From contig OZ116711.1 of the NCBI GenBank assembly GCA_964199315.1, positions 19,778,001-19,842,000 on the forward strand: a stretch of 64,000 nt of DNA. The letters are read 5' to 3'. Below the pieces are notes generated by a model. That model made no database searches. It was given only the letters and a program-made list of their open reading frames with translations, and was not told the origin of the DNA. A program made the translations under genes and the position numbers. Position 1 is the stretch's first letter. Every line of letters begins with the position of its first letter. The DNA comes from Orbicella franksi (Eukaryota). Shown here one piece after another: positions 39,801-50,133 of the stretch.

Positions 39801-42800
39801 TGACGTCTCACGCGCCAGTTCTGCCACCGGACATTTTCCTTAACCTTCAAATGCCCAAACGTGATCAAGACACGCAGGTTGGTGTTGATATGATAGAGAT
39901 CTCCGAAGGGCTCCCCCCTGAAGCTGCTGTGGATTATGACCAAGCTACTACTGATCGCCCTGTTTCTATCCGAGGGAAGCAACTTGGAGTCAATGTAGGA
40001 AGTGAGCGTGACGGTGCCCCTCCTGGTGCACCGAAAATTCCTGAAACGACCCGGGGGAGGCAGTTTCTAAGTGTGGCTGATATAGATCATGAACAGTGGT
40101 TAGAGGTTCAAAGTACACCTATGACTCCTGCAGATGGAGTGGATGAAGAAAAACGAGAAACCGAAAGGACGGAGAGCGTTGATGCAGAAACAGCGCTTAC
40201 ATCAAGGACAGGTAGAAACCGTTTGTATTTTGGTTTATCTCTCTCCACAAACCCAGACTAAATTAATCGTCTTCACAGTCGTTTGGTTCATCCGTAAATC
40301 GCGCAACTCTCCAACTTTGAAAATGGCTGCGACGAAAACTAGGCTACAGTGGTCGCGTAAAGAAACAAGTCAATTGAGTACATTTGCTATACAGTGGAAT
40401 TTCGATTTCTCAAACCCTCGTATTTTCGAACCTTCCGGTAACTCGAACCAAAAGTCCCTTCTCTCCCCTCAATCAAACACTGTAATTTTACCCCAGATTT
40501 CTCGAGCTACCCGATTTTCAAACTAATTTTCATTTCCCTTAGAGGTTCGAAAAATCGGGACTCCAGTATAACAAACACAAGAGGGCACATTTTCTCACAT
40601 TTCTAGACACTGGGAAGAGGGTTGAAAATACGACATGAAGCGGGGTATTTTTGATAAAATTCGAGGTGTTTCGAAATGTGATGAAACAGTCCTCGTGCGT
40701 TTCGTATAGTTCTCAATCGAAACTAAAATTACGGAGTAAACGGAAAAATTGATCTCTTTTCCCTCAAGCATCAGAAGATAGCCAAAACTACGAGCCAGAG
40801 ATGCAACAAGAGAGAGCCAAACAAGAATACGAGAGACATCTGGAAGGACCTGATAGAGTCACAGTAGACATGATGGACTCCATGGACGTCCCTATACAAA
40901 GGTAAACGATACGCCAGCAGTACAAAAGTGCGAACTTTGTTAGAACCACAGCACAGTATACTGTAAAGTATATTAAACGGTACCACATGGAAGTACTGCT
41001 TAATAGCGTTCATTTCAATGGTCACACACTAAGGTTTCATCTACAGACTTAACAGTTAAAACCGCCTTGTACAGCATAATAAACGGTATCAGGTGAAAGT
41101 ACTGCTCAATAGCTTTCATTTGAATGGTCACACACTAAGGTTTTATCCACAGAATTAAAAGTTAGAACCACCTTGAACAGCATAATAAACAGTACCACAT
41201 GAAAGTACTGCTCAATAGCTTTCATTTGAATGGTCACACACTAGGGTTTTATCCACGGACTTAAAAGTTAGAACCACCTTGAACAGCATAATAAACAATT
41301 AGAAGTAACTTCGATTCTTTTCCAGGCTTTACCCGCTTCTCTTCCCGACAGCTCCCCAGTCCAGTGCACGAGCTGTATCAACACAATTCCTGAATGAGAG
41401 AATGAAAGAAATGAGTGAAAGGATTGAAGCCATGGATCAAATCACGCACAATATGGACAGAGAGTTCAAAAGTTCTCGCGTGGTAAGCTTATCAAACAAT
41501 CCCAGGGCTGTGGGGCTTTAGTGTTTCAAGTCAATATAAACCCTGCCTGTTTGATCTATTTTTATATTCCAGCTTCTATCTGCTATTCAGAGTATTGACG
41601 AAGTGTTAAACCCCTCATCAAGAGCTTCGTCCTCAAGGGGATCCGCAGAGTCCCGTCGGGGAATGCCTCGGAGATGGGGGGACCCCGCGCCATGGAGAAG
41701 AGGGGGGAAAACTTCGGCTGAAAGGCAAGCGGCCACGAGGCTGCCGAAAACAGAAGGTATACTCTATATCGAATTGCTGAAGACATACGCTTGCTAGATA
41801 ACGTTATGATTTTTTTTTAATTTTTATTACTAACAGACGTAGAAGACAGTATTGATGTTGATGTGGATCGCGCAGAAAAAGACGAGGCAATCGCCGCAAC
41901 TGATGTTGAAGAGAACAAAGAAGGTGAACCTGATAATGAAGACATCGAAGAACAGATTGACGGCGAAAAAGATAAACATGACGGAGACAGAAGCTTCGAA
42001 CAGAACCAGGAGGACGAAGAAGTGAAAGTCGCCTCAAGCGAGGGGGAAGAAAAATATTCTGATCAAGAACAGCCTCATAAACGGAAGCAGGATTCTTCAG
42101 AAACTGAAGTGAAAACATCCGCTGACAAGGAAAAGGCGCCCTCGTTCACACAAGATCGTGAAAGGTAAATGCTTTTCTAGTGAGGTAAACCTTTGCAGGT
42201 AACCCTGACAATCCACTAGTATCCATGTTCATTTTAATTCTCGGTTACTACGGTCGCTGTGATTGGTCAATTTAGCGGGCTAGGTTCTACTGTACGTCCC
42301 GCTAAAATTTGAAGCTGTTTTCGTCGCGTAATTGATCGTTTTGCTTTTGACGTACGTCAGTCATTTGAAGACGTTCCGCGTGACTTGAACCGTCCGACAC
42401 ATGGGAGAGATATTCGTATTTCTTACTAACTTCGTTTTCTCGGTCTCTACTGTAAGACACGGATCCTAATTTTTTATCCCCTTCGATTCATGGCTCACGC
42501 GCTTTGTGCTTCGGTCATAAGTCGAAGGGGGAAAATCTCCGTCTGTAACTTACAGTACGGACCTAGAGCTCGGTTAGTAAGCGGTCTAAACTTCTGGTTG
42601 GAGAGAAGCACTGAAACGTAAGTGTCTACCCCTAGTAACACAATATGAAGACATTGATATGACACTCATACATTTGTTTGTGTTTTTCCTTATCGTTAGG
42701 TGTGAAAAACCTCAAGCTTCTCAATTGGAATCTTTAACATTATCGCAAGACAAGCTGAAAGAAATATTTCAAGACAAAGAAGTGCGAAGAACTCGGTAGG

Positions 42801-45800
42801 TTGGTTGGTTGATAACTCGATTCTTCCATGACTAAACTCTCTTTAGGCAGGGAACAAATGCCACTATAAAACCTACTATTTATTTTTGAAGTGCAGTAGC
42901 TTGTGAGAAGTTGTAATGGTAGTCCAAGGTCTTAATATTAAGGGGATACTCGAAGCGTTGAAATTGTGCGGCTTATCAGGTCAGATAATTACCCTAACAT
43001 GTGTAGAAATGACCACATCTCACATAGGTACTTTGCACGCGTTGCGTATCTATGATTACTAATAAGTCCATTGTTTCCCTGCGTGCAGCAGGGACCCCAG
43101 CCCTGAAGCCCGGCAGTACTTAAAAGAGTGGATGAACAAGAAACGTTCAGAAAGGCAAGCAGAATGGAGAGGCCAACAGGAAGAAATGCGAGCACAGGAA
43201 CACCAACCCTTCATGTCTCCCACACAGGTAGTTACGAACCTCCTCTGTTATTTAACAAATAATTAAAGGTTGTCTTTCAAAATCGCAGGAGATTTCTCTT
43301 GTGATATACCGAAAAACCGACTCGGCTAAAAACAGTCAAAGTACAGAAGAAATGTAAGGGAGAATTATGAATCGTCATTTATTTTAACTACCTCTGCTAA
43401 GGTATGTAAGATTTAACCCTGACAAAATATGGACCTAAACAGTTTCTAACCTCATAAACTGTACGAAGAGTTTTTAAGTGAAAAATTGTAAAGTCCTTCT
43501 TAGCTTTTAAAAGAGTTTAACCCGTGTGTTAGGGCGTTAGGTTATTAGGGTATTAGGTTAATAGGCCATTAGGGTATTAGGGTATTGGGGTATTCATGTA
43601 TTGGGATATAAAAGTATAAAAAAAATTCCCGAATACCCCAATAACCCAAACACCCCAAACCCTAATAACCCTATTCCCTAATACCCTAATAACCCAACAC
43701 CCCGGGGCCGGGTTTTTCGAAAGCCAGTTAACGCTAACCCAGGTTTAAAAGTTAACCGAAATATTAATTTCTCTTGTATAAAAATGTTTTTTACTACTTA
43801 GGCTTTGTGTAGTTTGAGCTTAATCAAGCTTAAAACTGAAAGACAAATATTATAAACAGAAAACCTCACCGATAAGTTACATAACTGAAATCAAAATTCT
43901 TGGTAATCCTTGGTAATCCTTAGTTCTTGGGCCCCTTCTATTTCTATTATGTATAAATAATCTTCCTAATTGCGTCCAGCATTCTCAACCAAGGATGTAC
44001 GCCGATGATACTAGTGTTACGTTTGCTGGTAGTGATGTTGATGAAATGAATAATTGTATTAATCTTGATTTGGAGAGAATTCGTGTGTGACTTGCAGCCA
44101 ACAAACTAACTTTAAATATGATAAAGTGAGAATTCCTACTGATTGGTTCTAAGCAAAGGTTGTAGTGGTGGGAAGGGTTGGGGAGGAAATCAAGCAAATT
44201 TGTCGCTTCATTAGTTGTGTGCTTCGAGTATGCCCATTTCTAGACTTCACTTCGTTTCTTTCTAACTACCGCTTATTTCCAGGGCTCCACAAATTTTAAA
44301 AAGATGAAGCTTATGGAAAAAGAGAGAAGCGTCAAACGCAGGTATGGGGTTAAATGACTATTTTGTGTAACGTACCTTTTGTGGCACAATCACGCAGAGG
44401 TCACGCTATAGATGTAACGCAATTAGACTTTATTGTGTTTCGTTACCCTTATATTTGTGATCAGCGGACTCCCTCTGATATCCGATTTTTTTTATTGTTG
44501 AATTACCAAGGAAAACAGAAGACCAGCATAAGCAGAAAAGGCTCGAGTCCGCGTCCAATCTCCTCTCCGAGATGCTGGCCGAGCCGGTTCCCAAGCCCAC
44601 CGAGCCCAAACCAAATCTTCGTTACGGAGAGAACGTAAACTCGCGTTACTCAACATCGCTTACAGGAAAAAAGAAAAGAACCAATGAACGAAATAAAAAG
44701 TTACCTAAGGCTCCGCTTAAAGGCAAACGGGACCGGCAAGTAGAAAAATCTGCTCACACAAAAGAAAATGCTTTACCCGAGAAACGGGATCGTGTTGATT
44801 TGCTATTTTCCGATGATATCGCGAGACACGGACGTGAAAATATAGGATTTAGATCTCAAAATACTCCTCGGCACGAAATTATAAGAACCAGCAGTCCAGT
44901 CTCTACAACTGAGTATGCTTCAGGGAGACTACAAGGGAAAAATGTCGATGAAGACAAGGGTGAATTTATTAAAGAAAAACAGTTACCCGACGACGACTTT
45001 TGGCGCTCGAAGTCTCCGACCGGTGCCGAGTTTGTAACGACACAGACATATCGGAAGTTCACGAAGGAGCAACCTAAACGATTTAGAGCTAGAGAGGCTG
45101 CCATGAGGAAAACTCCGCCCATGGCTCTAGGTGCGTATGGTTTATCCCGGCAACCCCAAGGCGCATCCGCTATGGGGAGAACTTTCCAAAGGACACGGCC
45201 TACTGACTCTTTCCTCCCGGGAGGGGAGAGTTTAACGGAAATAGATCGCCTGCTGGAGGATATTCCTGACGATGGTTCTACCTTTGATCAAGCAAACCTT
45301 GAAGGAATAGAAAGCTTGTTAGAAGGAGATGATGAACTAAGAGATTTGTTATCAGATGTGGACTGGCGCGCCATCAGTAAGGTAAGAGATTGTGTTATCA
45401 TTGTGTCACGCCTCTTGTCACGCGTGGTAGCAACAAATAGGGGAGGTCACGCAGGTTACATCTCGTATCATGGCACACGTCTAACTATGTCATTGACACA
45501 CTCGTATTGCACCTTATGTAACGTCTCTTGTCACGACTAGTGTCGCGTCTCATGTCACATCTTGTCACGTGTCTCGTTATGAAGTCACATTGCTTGTCAT
45601 GCTTGATGCCACGAATCTTGTCACGTGTCATTCCATATTTCATTTCTGTCACGTCAGATGGTATACTCTGTTTAATTTTGTCATTTTGTCATTTTGTTTG
45701 TCACTCCCCTGTCACGTCGAGTTTCACCAAGCTAAATACTAAATTTTGTGGCCTTTTCCGTTCCTGTTAAAAGAAGTGTTAAATCTTCCTTCACCGTAGT

Positions 45801-47369
45801 GGTCAAGTAATATTAGTCAATCATTGCTATGGTAAACACATAAGAGTTCTACAATCCTAAACAAGAGTCTTGGGAGAAATTTGCACTTTTGGTGCTTTTG
45901 GGCACACGCCAGATGCGAATACAACTTCACCTGCCTAACCTCGCCCCCCACCCCCCATACAATGTTGAAAACTACTACCTGCAATTTTTCCTGATTTTCA
46001 ACATTGTGTTGGGTGGGGAGGGGGAAGAGCAACGCGTTTTTAAAAGGATAGCAGCGCTCTTTTCAAACTTCAGTTGTAAACACAGATAATTCGTTACATT
46101 ACGTAAGTGTCCCAAGGACTTTTGTCCACGATCGTAGCTTGTTTACGTTATGCAAACATTTCCTGTTGAATAACAACGTGGTCGCTGGGTGAACACCCAA
46201 TTCTTAACGTCAGAGTAAGGGTGTTATTCTTTTAGCCTCAAAGGGACAGTTCTGCCAGACCAACCAGAGAACGATCCAGTCCGTTTAACGCAAGACGAAA
46301 AGGTAAATATTTCATTCTTGTGAATAGCAGAGTAGTCCACAAAGTCCCCCAATTTGGAATTTAGTTTTGCAACACGGTTAGTAATTAGACGCTCGTGAAT
46401 CCAAATCTGTAAGGATGTCCGTATCTACGATTTCTATTTGCGTGATGATTCCGAACTCTTAACGAACGTGTCCCAAAGATGGTATTGGTCCCAGACTTCG
46501 TGGTTTCTTGCCGTATAGGAATCATTCAAAATGGTGGTGTTTACTAAAAATGTCGAGTCGCGTATATTTCCCGTGTATTTTACGATCATTCCTCTCCTTA
46601 ACCGTAATGGTCATACCTCGTTTGACCAGCTTTTTATCAATGTGCCTTATGTATTTCTGATTTTTCAGATGATTGGCAACCAAGAGGTAGTCAGGACCAT
46701 AGGCATCGCCATCCTGAACCTGCGGTGCCTTCTAGCAACAGTCTGTTGCCGGAGTTTAATGATGAGGTCAGCCCGTGGAATACAAGACAGAGCATGCGCA
46801 CGTCTGACGATGTTGCACAGCTCTTGGTGAGTGATAGAATAGTTGTTGTATCGATGCACAGTCGGGCAGTCTAGTCTGTTCTCAAGGATTAAGAAGTTTT
46901 GTGCTAGTTTTGTTTTCCTTTTTCGGACAAGAAACTTCTTTACATTGCTTCTCTGCGGCCAGGTCTATGCATAAATACTGGCAAATTAAATGCCGGGAGA
47001 AGGGAGGACCTTGCGACGGACTAGCATTCCATCAAGAGGTGGGAGAATTACTCGTACTCGCGGTTTCATCCTATTGAAACCGGAGATAAGCACTGGCCGG
47101 ATGGGTCACTATGCTAAAAGTTAAACTTTACCTTAATTATTCACTTGTGTGACGATACTTTTACGAGAATTCTCACATAGCTAGTCACGCAATCTTTCGA
47201 TAGGATTACATAACGGAATAGGATGGTGTTTTCTTATAAGATAAGGTGTTTTCCTGTTGCGTTACAGGCTGAAGTTGACGAGGCTGTAGGAAACATGTCG
47301 GAGAGTACTGGCAGTACCAGAAGTCAAATTGATTGGGAAGAAGTCGACAAAATCATGGGCGAGACGTAG
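18812..47369 (+). CDS. CPLANE1: Ciliogenesis and planar polarity effector 1 (C5orf42/JBTS17) orthologue, about 3636 aa, 30 coding exons, complete
   Basis: Exons 18812-18892, 20075-20210, 20374-20490, 21165-21287, 21403-21515, 22325-22460, 23630-23900, 25055-25237, 25558-25761, 26255-26430, 27375-28361, 29572-30851, 31324-31606, 32013-32197, 33329-34949, 35663-35836, 36468-36732, 37305-38330, 38956-40211, 40769-40901, 41326-41482, 41573-41756, 41837-42164, 42700-42795, 43089-43227, 44283-44341, 44511-45381, 46236-46302, 46669-46826, 47268-47369 (10911 nt, phases all consistent). Recognised motifs: N-terminal MLLKLDVLASTTIKRKKPWPTFAWLGK, SGKTKKKIPLLQ, SWWISDMAWTRDSL, QRFSVAVHPHLPVILSSDGYLVT, RLIPLEKILAF, LKEWMNKKRSER and C-terminal SESTGSTRSQIDWEEV. 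Confidence 0.93.
23066..23487. mobile_element. MITE ggatcatgtttactaaaggcatcc...ggatgcctttaatgcacatgatcc; partial relative at about 17230-17385
   Basis: Inverted termini and internal tcgatc/gtcgac-rich repeats. Confidence 0.7.
25950..26720. repeat. Two copies of the ttttggttttgg / gattgg repeat family flanking CPLANE1 exon 10; related tract at about 60350-60590
   Basis: tttggttttggtttt...cgacactca...aaaaccgct occurs at about 25975-26095 and about 26665-26715. Confidence 0.55.
29165..29460. repeat. Dispersed repeat (gttgaaaatacgacgc...tttgatatatc..ctcaatcgaaactaaaac); copies at about 35855-36050, about 40590-40745 and inverted at about 56060-56185
   Basis: Four recognisably homologous copies. 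Confidence 0.7.
32220..32545 (+). repeat. Tandem repeat of about 105 bp, array 2 (CPLANE1 intron 14)
   Basis: gctatt at 32286 and 32391, giving a period of 105. Confidence 0.8.
40960..41300 (-). repeat. Tandem repeat of about 106 bp, array 3, inverted orientation (CPLANE1 intron 20)
   Basis: actgctcaat at 41101 and 41207, giving a period of 106. Reverse complement of arrays 1 and 2. Confidence 0.8.
43524..43703. repeat. Inverted pair of telomere-like arrays (TATTAGGG)n ... (CCCTAATA)n
   Basis: G-rich arm at 43524-43605, A-rich spacer, C-rich arm at 43626-43703. Confidence 0.7.
43923..44160 (+). mobile_element. CR1/L2-type LINE reverse transcriptase fragment (pseudogenised)
   Basis: VLGPLLFLLCINNLPNCVQHSQPRMYADDTSVTFAG...LAANKLTLN...EFLLIGSKQR, containing the YADD catalytic motif and in-frame stops. 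Confidence 0.85.
45400..45720. repeat. (tgtcacg)-rich degenerate repeat; inverted relative at about 57970-58090
   Basis: Many ttgtcacg(t/c) units right after CPLANE1 exon 27. Confidence 0.55.
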
Positions 47370-48140
47370 ATCTGGAGAACAACATGTTTATTATGTTTAA
47401 AAGCAAAGAATTTGGTAATACCTTCAAAGTCGTCGAAACAATAGCTAGAAATTTACCATAGATTTTGGTCAATTATCCAATGTGAAAGATTTTAAGCGCA
47501 ATATTACTCTCCTGGCAGGTGAGTAACTAACTTATTATTGATCAAAGGACTATTTATAAGAAATTTAACGTCTGCAGTAATTTGTTTTGTAAATTTTTAA
47601 GGCAATGCGACTCGAATTTGTTCAAAGTATCCTCTTCACGCTCAAACAAGCTCATGAAAATGGCTGTAATGAGATTAAGGTAATATTTTCAAAGAAAAGT
47701 AAACAAAAATGTACATTGGACCAGAATTGAGATATGAGTATTTATTAAAGTGGTGGTGCTTTCATGCAAACATTGCCTGCCTCTTTCTTGGCCATTTCCG
47801 TAGTTTCGTTCCCAGAACCCGCGCGTTTTCGAATTTTGGTGATAAAGGGATCGCGGTCCCTGGGAAGGAGATTTCTGTTTCCATGTTATTGCAACTGACC
47901 CTACACTGCATGCAACGAGATGCGTCTGATCGACTCTACCTTCTCTTAATATTTTCTCAAATTCTCCCAACTACTTTTTTAGCTCCTACTTTGATGTGCT
48001 AATTTAATTTGTGGTTTTAATCCTCGGAATGGGAGTTGGACTAACTATGATTTTGGCAAAATGCGGGTTGGGAAATCCCCACGGTTACAAAGTTACAAAA
48101 ATTACAAAATCGTGCTGCCCGTGTTATAACTTTTTCAAAT

Positions 48141-48640
48141 TACGATCGTAGTACCAATGAATTGTTGCGAATGGTGAACTGGGTTAAACTGGACCGTGAA
48201 CGCCTTGAAGATAAATCAGTAATGATGTATAAGATTGTAAATAATATGCTTCCGGACTATCTTAGTTCGCACTTCATCTTCCTTTCCGATACCTTAACCT
48301 ATAACTTAAGAGATAGTGACAGTTCGCTTGCCATTCCACGGCCCCGCACTAATTATTGTAAAAGAAGTCTGTCCTACAGCGGAGCTGTACTGTGGAATAG
48401 TTTACCCTTGGATATTCGTCAGTCACCCTCTCTCGATGAATTTAAATCTAAGTTGAGGAATTATGATTTTGATGGTAATCTTATGTAAGTTTTCTTTTGA
48501 TTTTATGCACGGCTTCCTTGTAAAGCAGGTTTCCTATCATTTCTTTTATTGTAGTAGTTATTAGTGATTTATTAGTTAAGTAGTTAGTTTAATTAAATTT
48601 AATATTGTTAAGTCCTGAAGGAAATACCGTGTCTAAATAC
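48141..48640 (+). mobile_element. 5'-truncated CR1/L2-type LINE 3' end (ORF2 C-terminus plus 3' UTR)
   Basis: MMYKIVNNMLPDYL...YNLRDS...LAIPRPRTNYCKRSLSYSGAVLWNSLPLDIRQSPSLDEFKSKL is the typical ORF2 tail of this LINE group. Confidence 0.85.
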
Positions 48641-48905
48641 CGTGTTTACCTTACGGCTAGCCCCACGCCCCCCCCCCCCCCCGCCCTTTTTTACCAACTC
48701 CTTTCAGGACCCAGATATTTAATGATTTTCTATTTTTTAAGTGCAGCGATTGTGTGACTAACCGTAATTAATTGGTCGGATTATTGCAATCCACTTACTT
48801 TTAATTTTAATACCGCATTAGGGTTTTGCATATTTTAATTATTTATCAAAACATGTCCTCGCGTGTTCTCGTCACTGTGATGTCCGCGATTGGGATACCT
48901 GTGCT

Positions 48906-50133
48906 TCACTTAGCAGGAAATCGGACACAAATACATGCCACAGGGACCTCAAGTGTCTTGGATACATCCCGATCGCCATCTCGGACAATTAAGTAAAAAT
49001 TGCGAATCAGCTTCTGGCACAAGCCCCGACCACCAAAACAGGTACTTTGAGCAGAACAATCGAAGTCACGTGCCTGCAATGTCGCAACCCCTGCGATGGG
49101 ATAGTCACTTATTGTTGCCCGGCAGCCTCCGCATGGATTGGCTCCGCCAAGTTCAATCCGACCGCATCGTTTGGAGGCATTGGAAGAGGACGAAACGTTT
49201 CTCTTAGCTTTCCGTGACTGGGAGGAATTTAACCCGCGTATTACGCTGAAAAGAAAGAGAGGTTGCTTTTAAAATGTGTTCGTGAAGCTCACCTTTGCTA
49301 CCAAAACAACGCTGACGTTTCCTGTGTTAGGTCCGGGGGGGGGGGCTTCCATGTGAAAAGGTCGGGAATGCTCGCTGGAAAATTTGAATTCAACCACTTA
49401 AGGCGACCAGTCTGGGCGTGATTCGAGGTTTGACTCCTAAAAGATTCCTCCATGAAACGGACAGACAGCGGTATTTCTCTTTTATATAAAAAATACCTTG
49501 ACCGCGAAGAATAGTGGCTAAGTGAGACCAAAATTCGTGATTTACACGGTCCGTAAGCGAGTCGACAAGCATCCCCGACCTTTTCACATGGAGGTTCCGT
49601 TACATACATACATACGTACTTTATTGGAACTCCCTTTAACAGGGCTTTTCAGTCACAATAAACTAACTATTAAAAAATACTAGAAATTAAAAAACTTATT
49701 TACAATAAGTAAGTATCTGCACTCCGCTGAACTGCATTGTGCATGCAAGTGAATATCTGAAAGATCAAATATTTTGTTGCGCACGATTCTCGCGTCATTA
49801 ACGCGCGCGCGTATCAAAGTTTTAAGGGGAAACAGACTTTGTGTACTATCATTCTTACCTTACATTCGGCAGGTCGAGAATTCCAATTTCTTTAAGCTGT
49901 AAAACAACGTCTTCAAAGGAAGGTGAATTACTGCTATTTAATGCCACGTAGTTTCTAGACGCTCCCGGAAGATAATGTGTGTGAGTTTCTGCGTCACGTA
50001 ACTGAAGGGTTCTTTCGAGCTTCTTAAGATTGCGTGACTTCCATTTATGCCGCGTCTTGCGTGACCGGTGAGGTCTATTCCCGGTAGTTAAAGCGTATAG
50101 TATGATTAAGAAGTAAATAGTTGTTATCCGCAT
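48906..50133 (-). CDS. Secreted cystine-knot prepro-protein (neurotrophin/Spaetzle/IL-17-like cysteine pattern), 204 aa
   Basis: Exon 1 is 50133-49859 (donor AG|GTAAGA) and exon 2 is 49245-48906 (acceptor ctctctttcttttcag), joined in phase 2. The product has a hydrophobic signal peptide MRITTIYFLIILYALTTG, a basic prodomain, a furin-type RKAKR, and then a 97-aa region with 8 Cys ending in EVPVACICVRFPAK*. An acceptor just before the ATG (atctttgcag) and a donor near 51209 suggest a 5' UTR exon. Confidence 0.8.

Noticed and set aside
39476-39982. Antisense or alternate-frame ORFs over large CPLANE1 exons (also 29911-30306, 30523-30837, 34413-34742, 39268-39549)
   Set aside because: Expected shadows of long coding exons, with no independent evidence.
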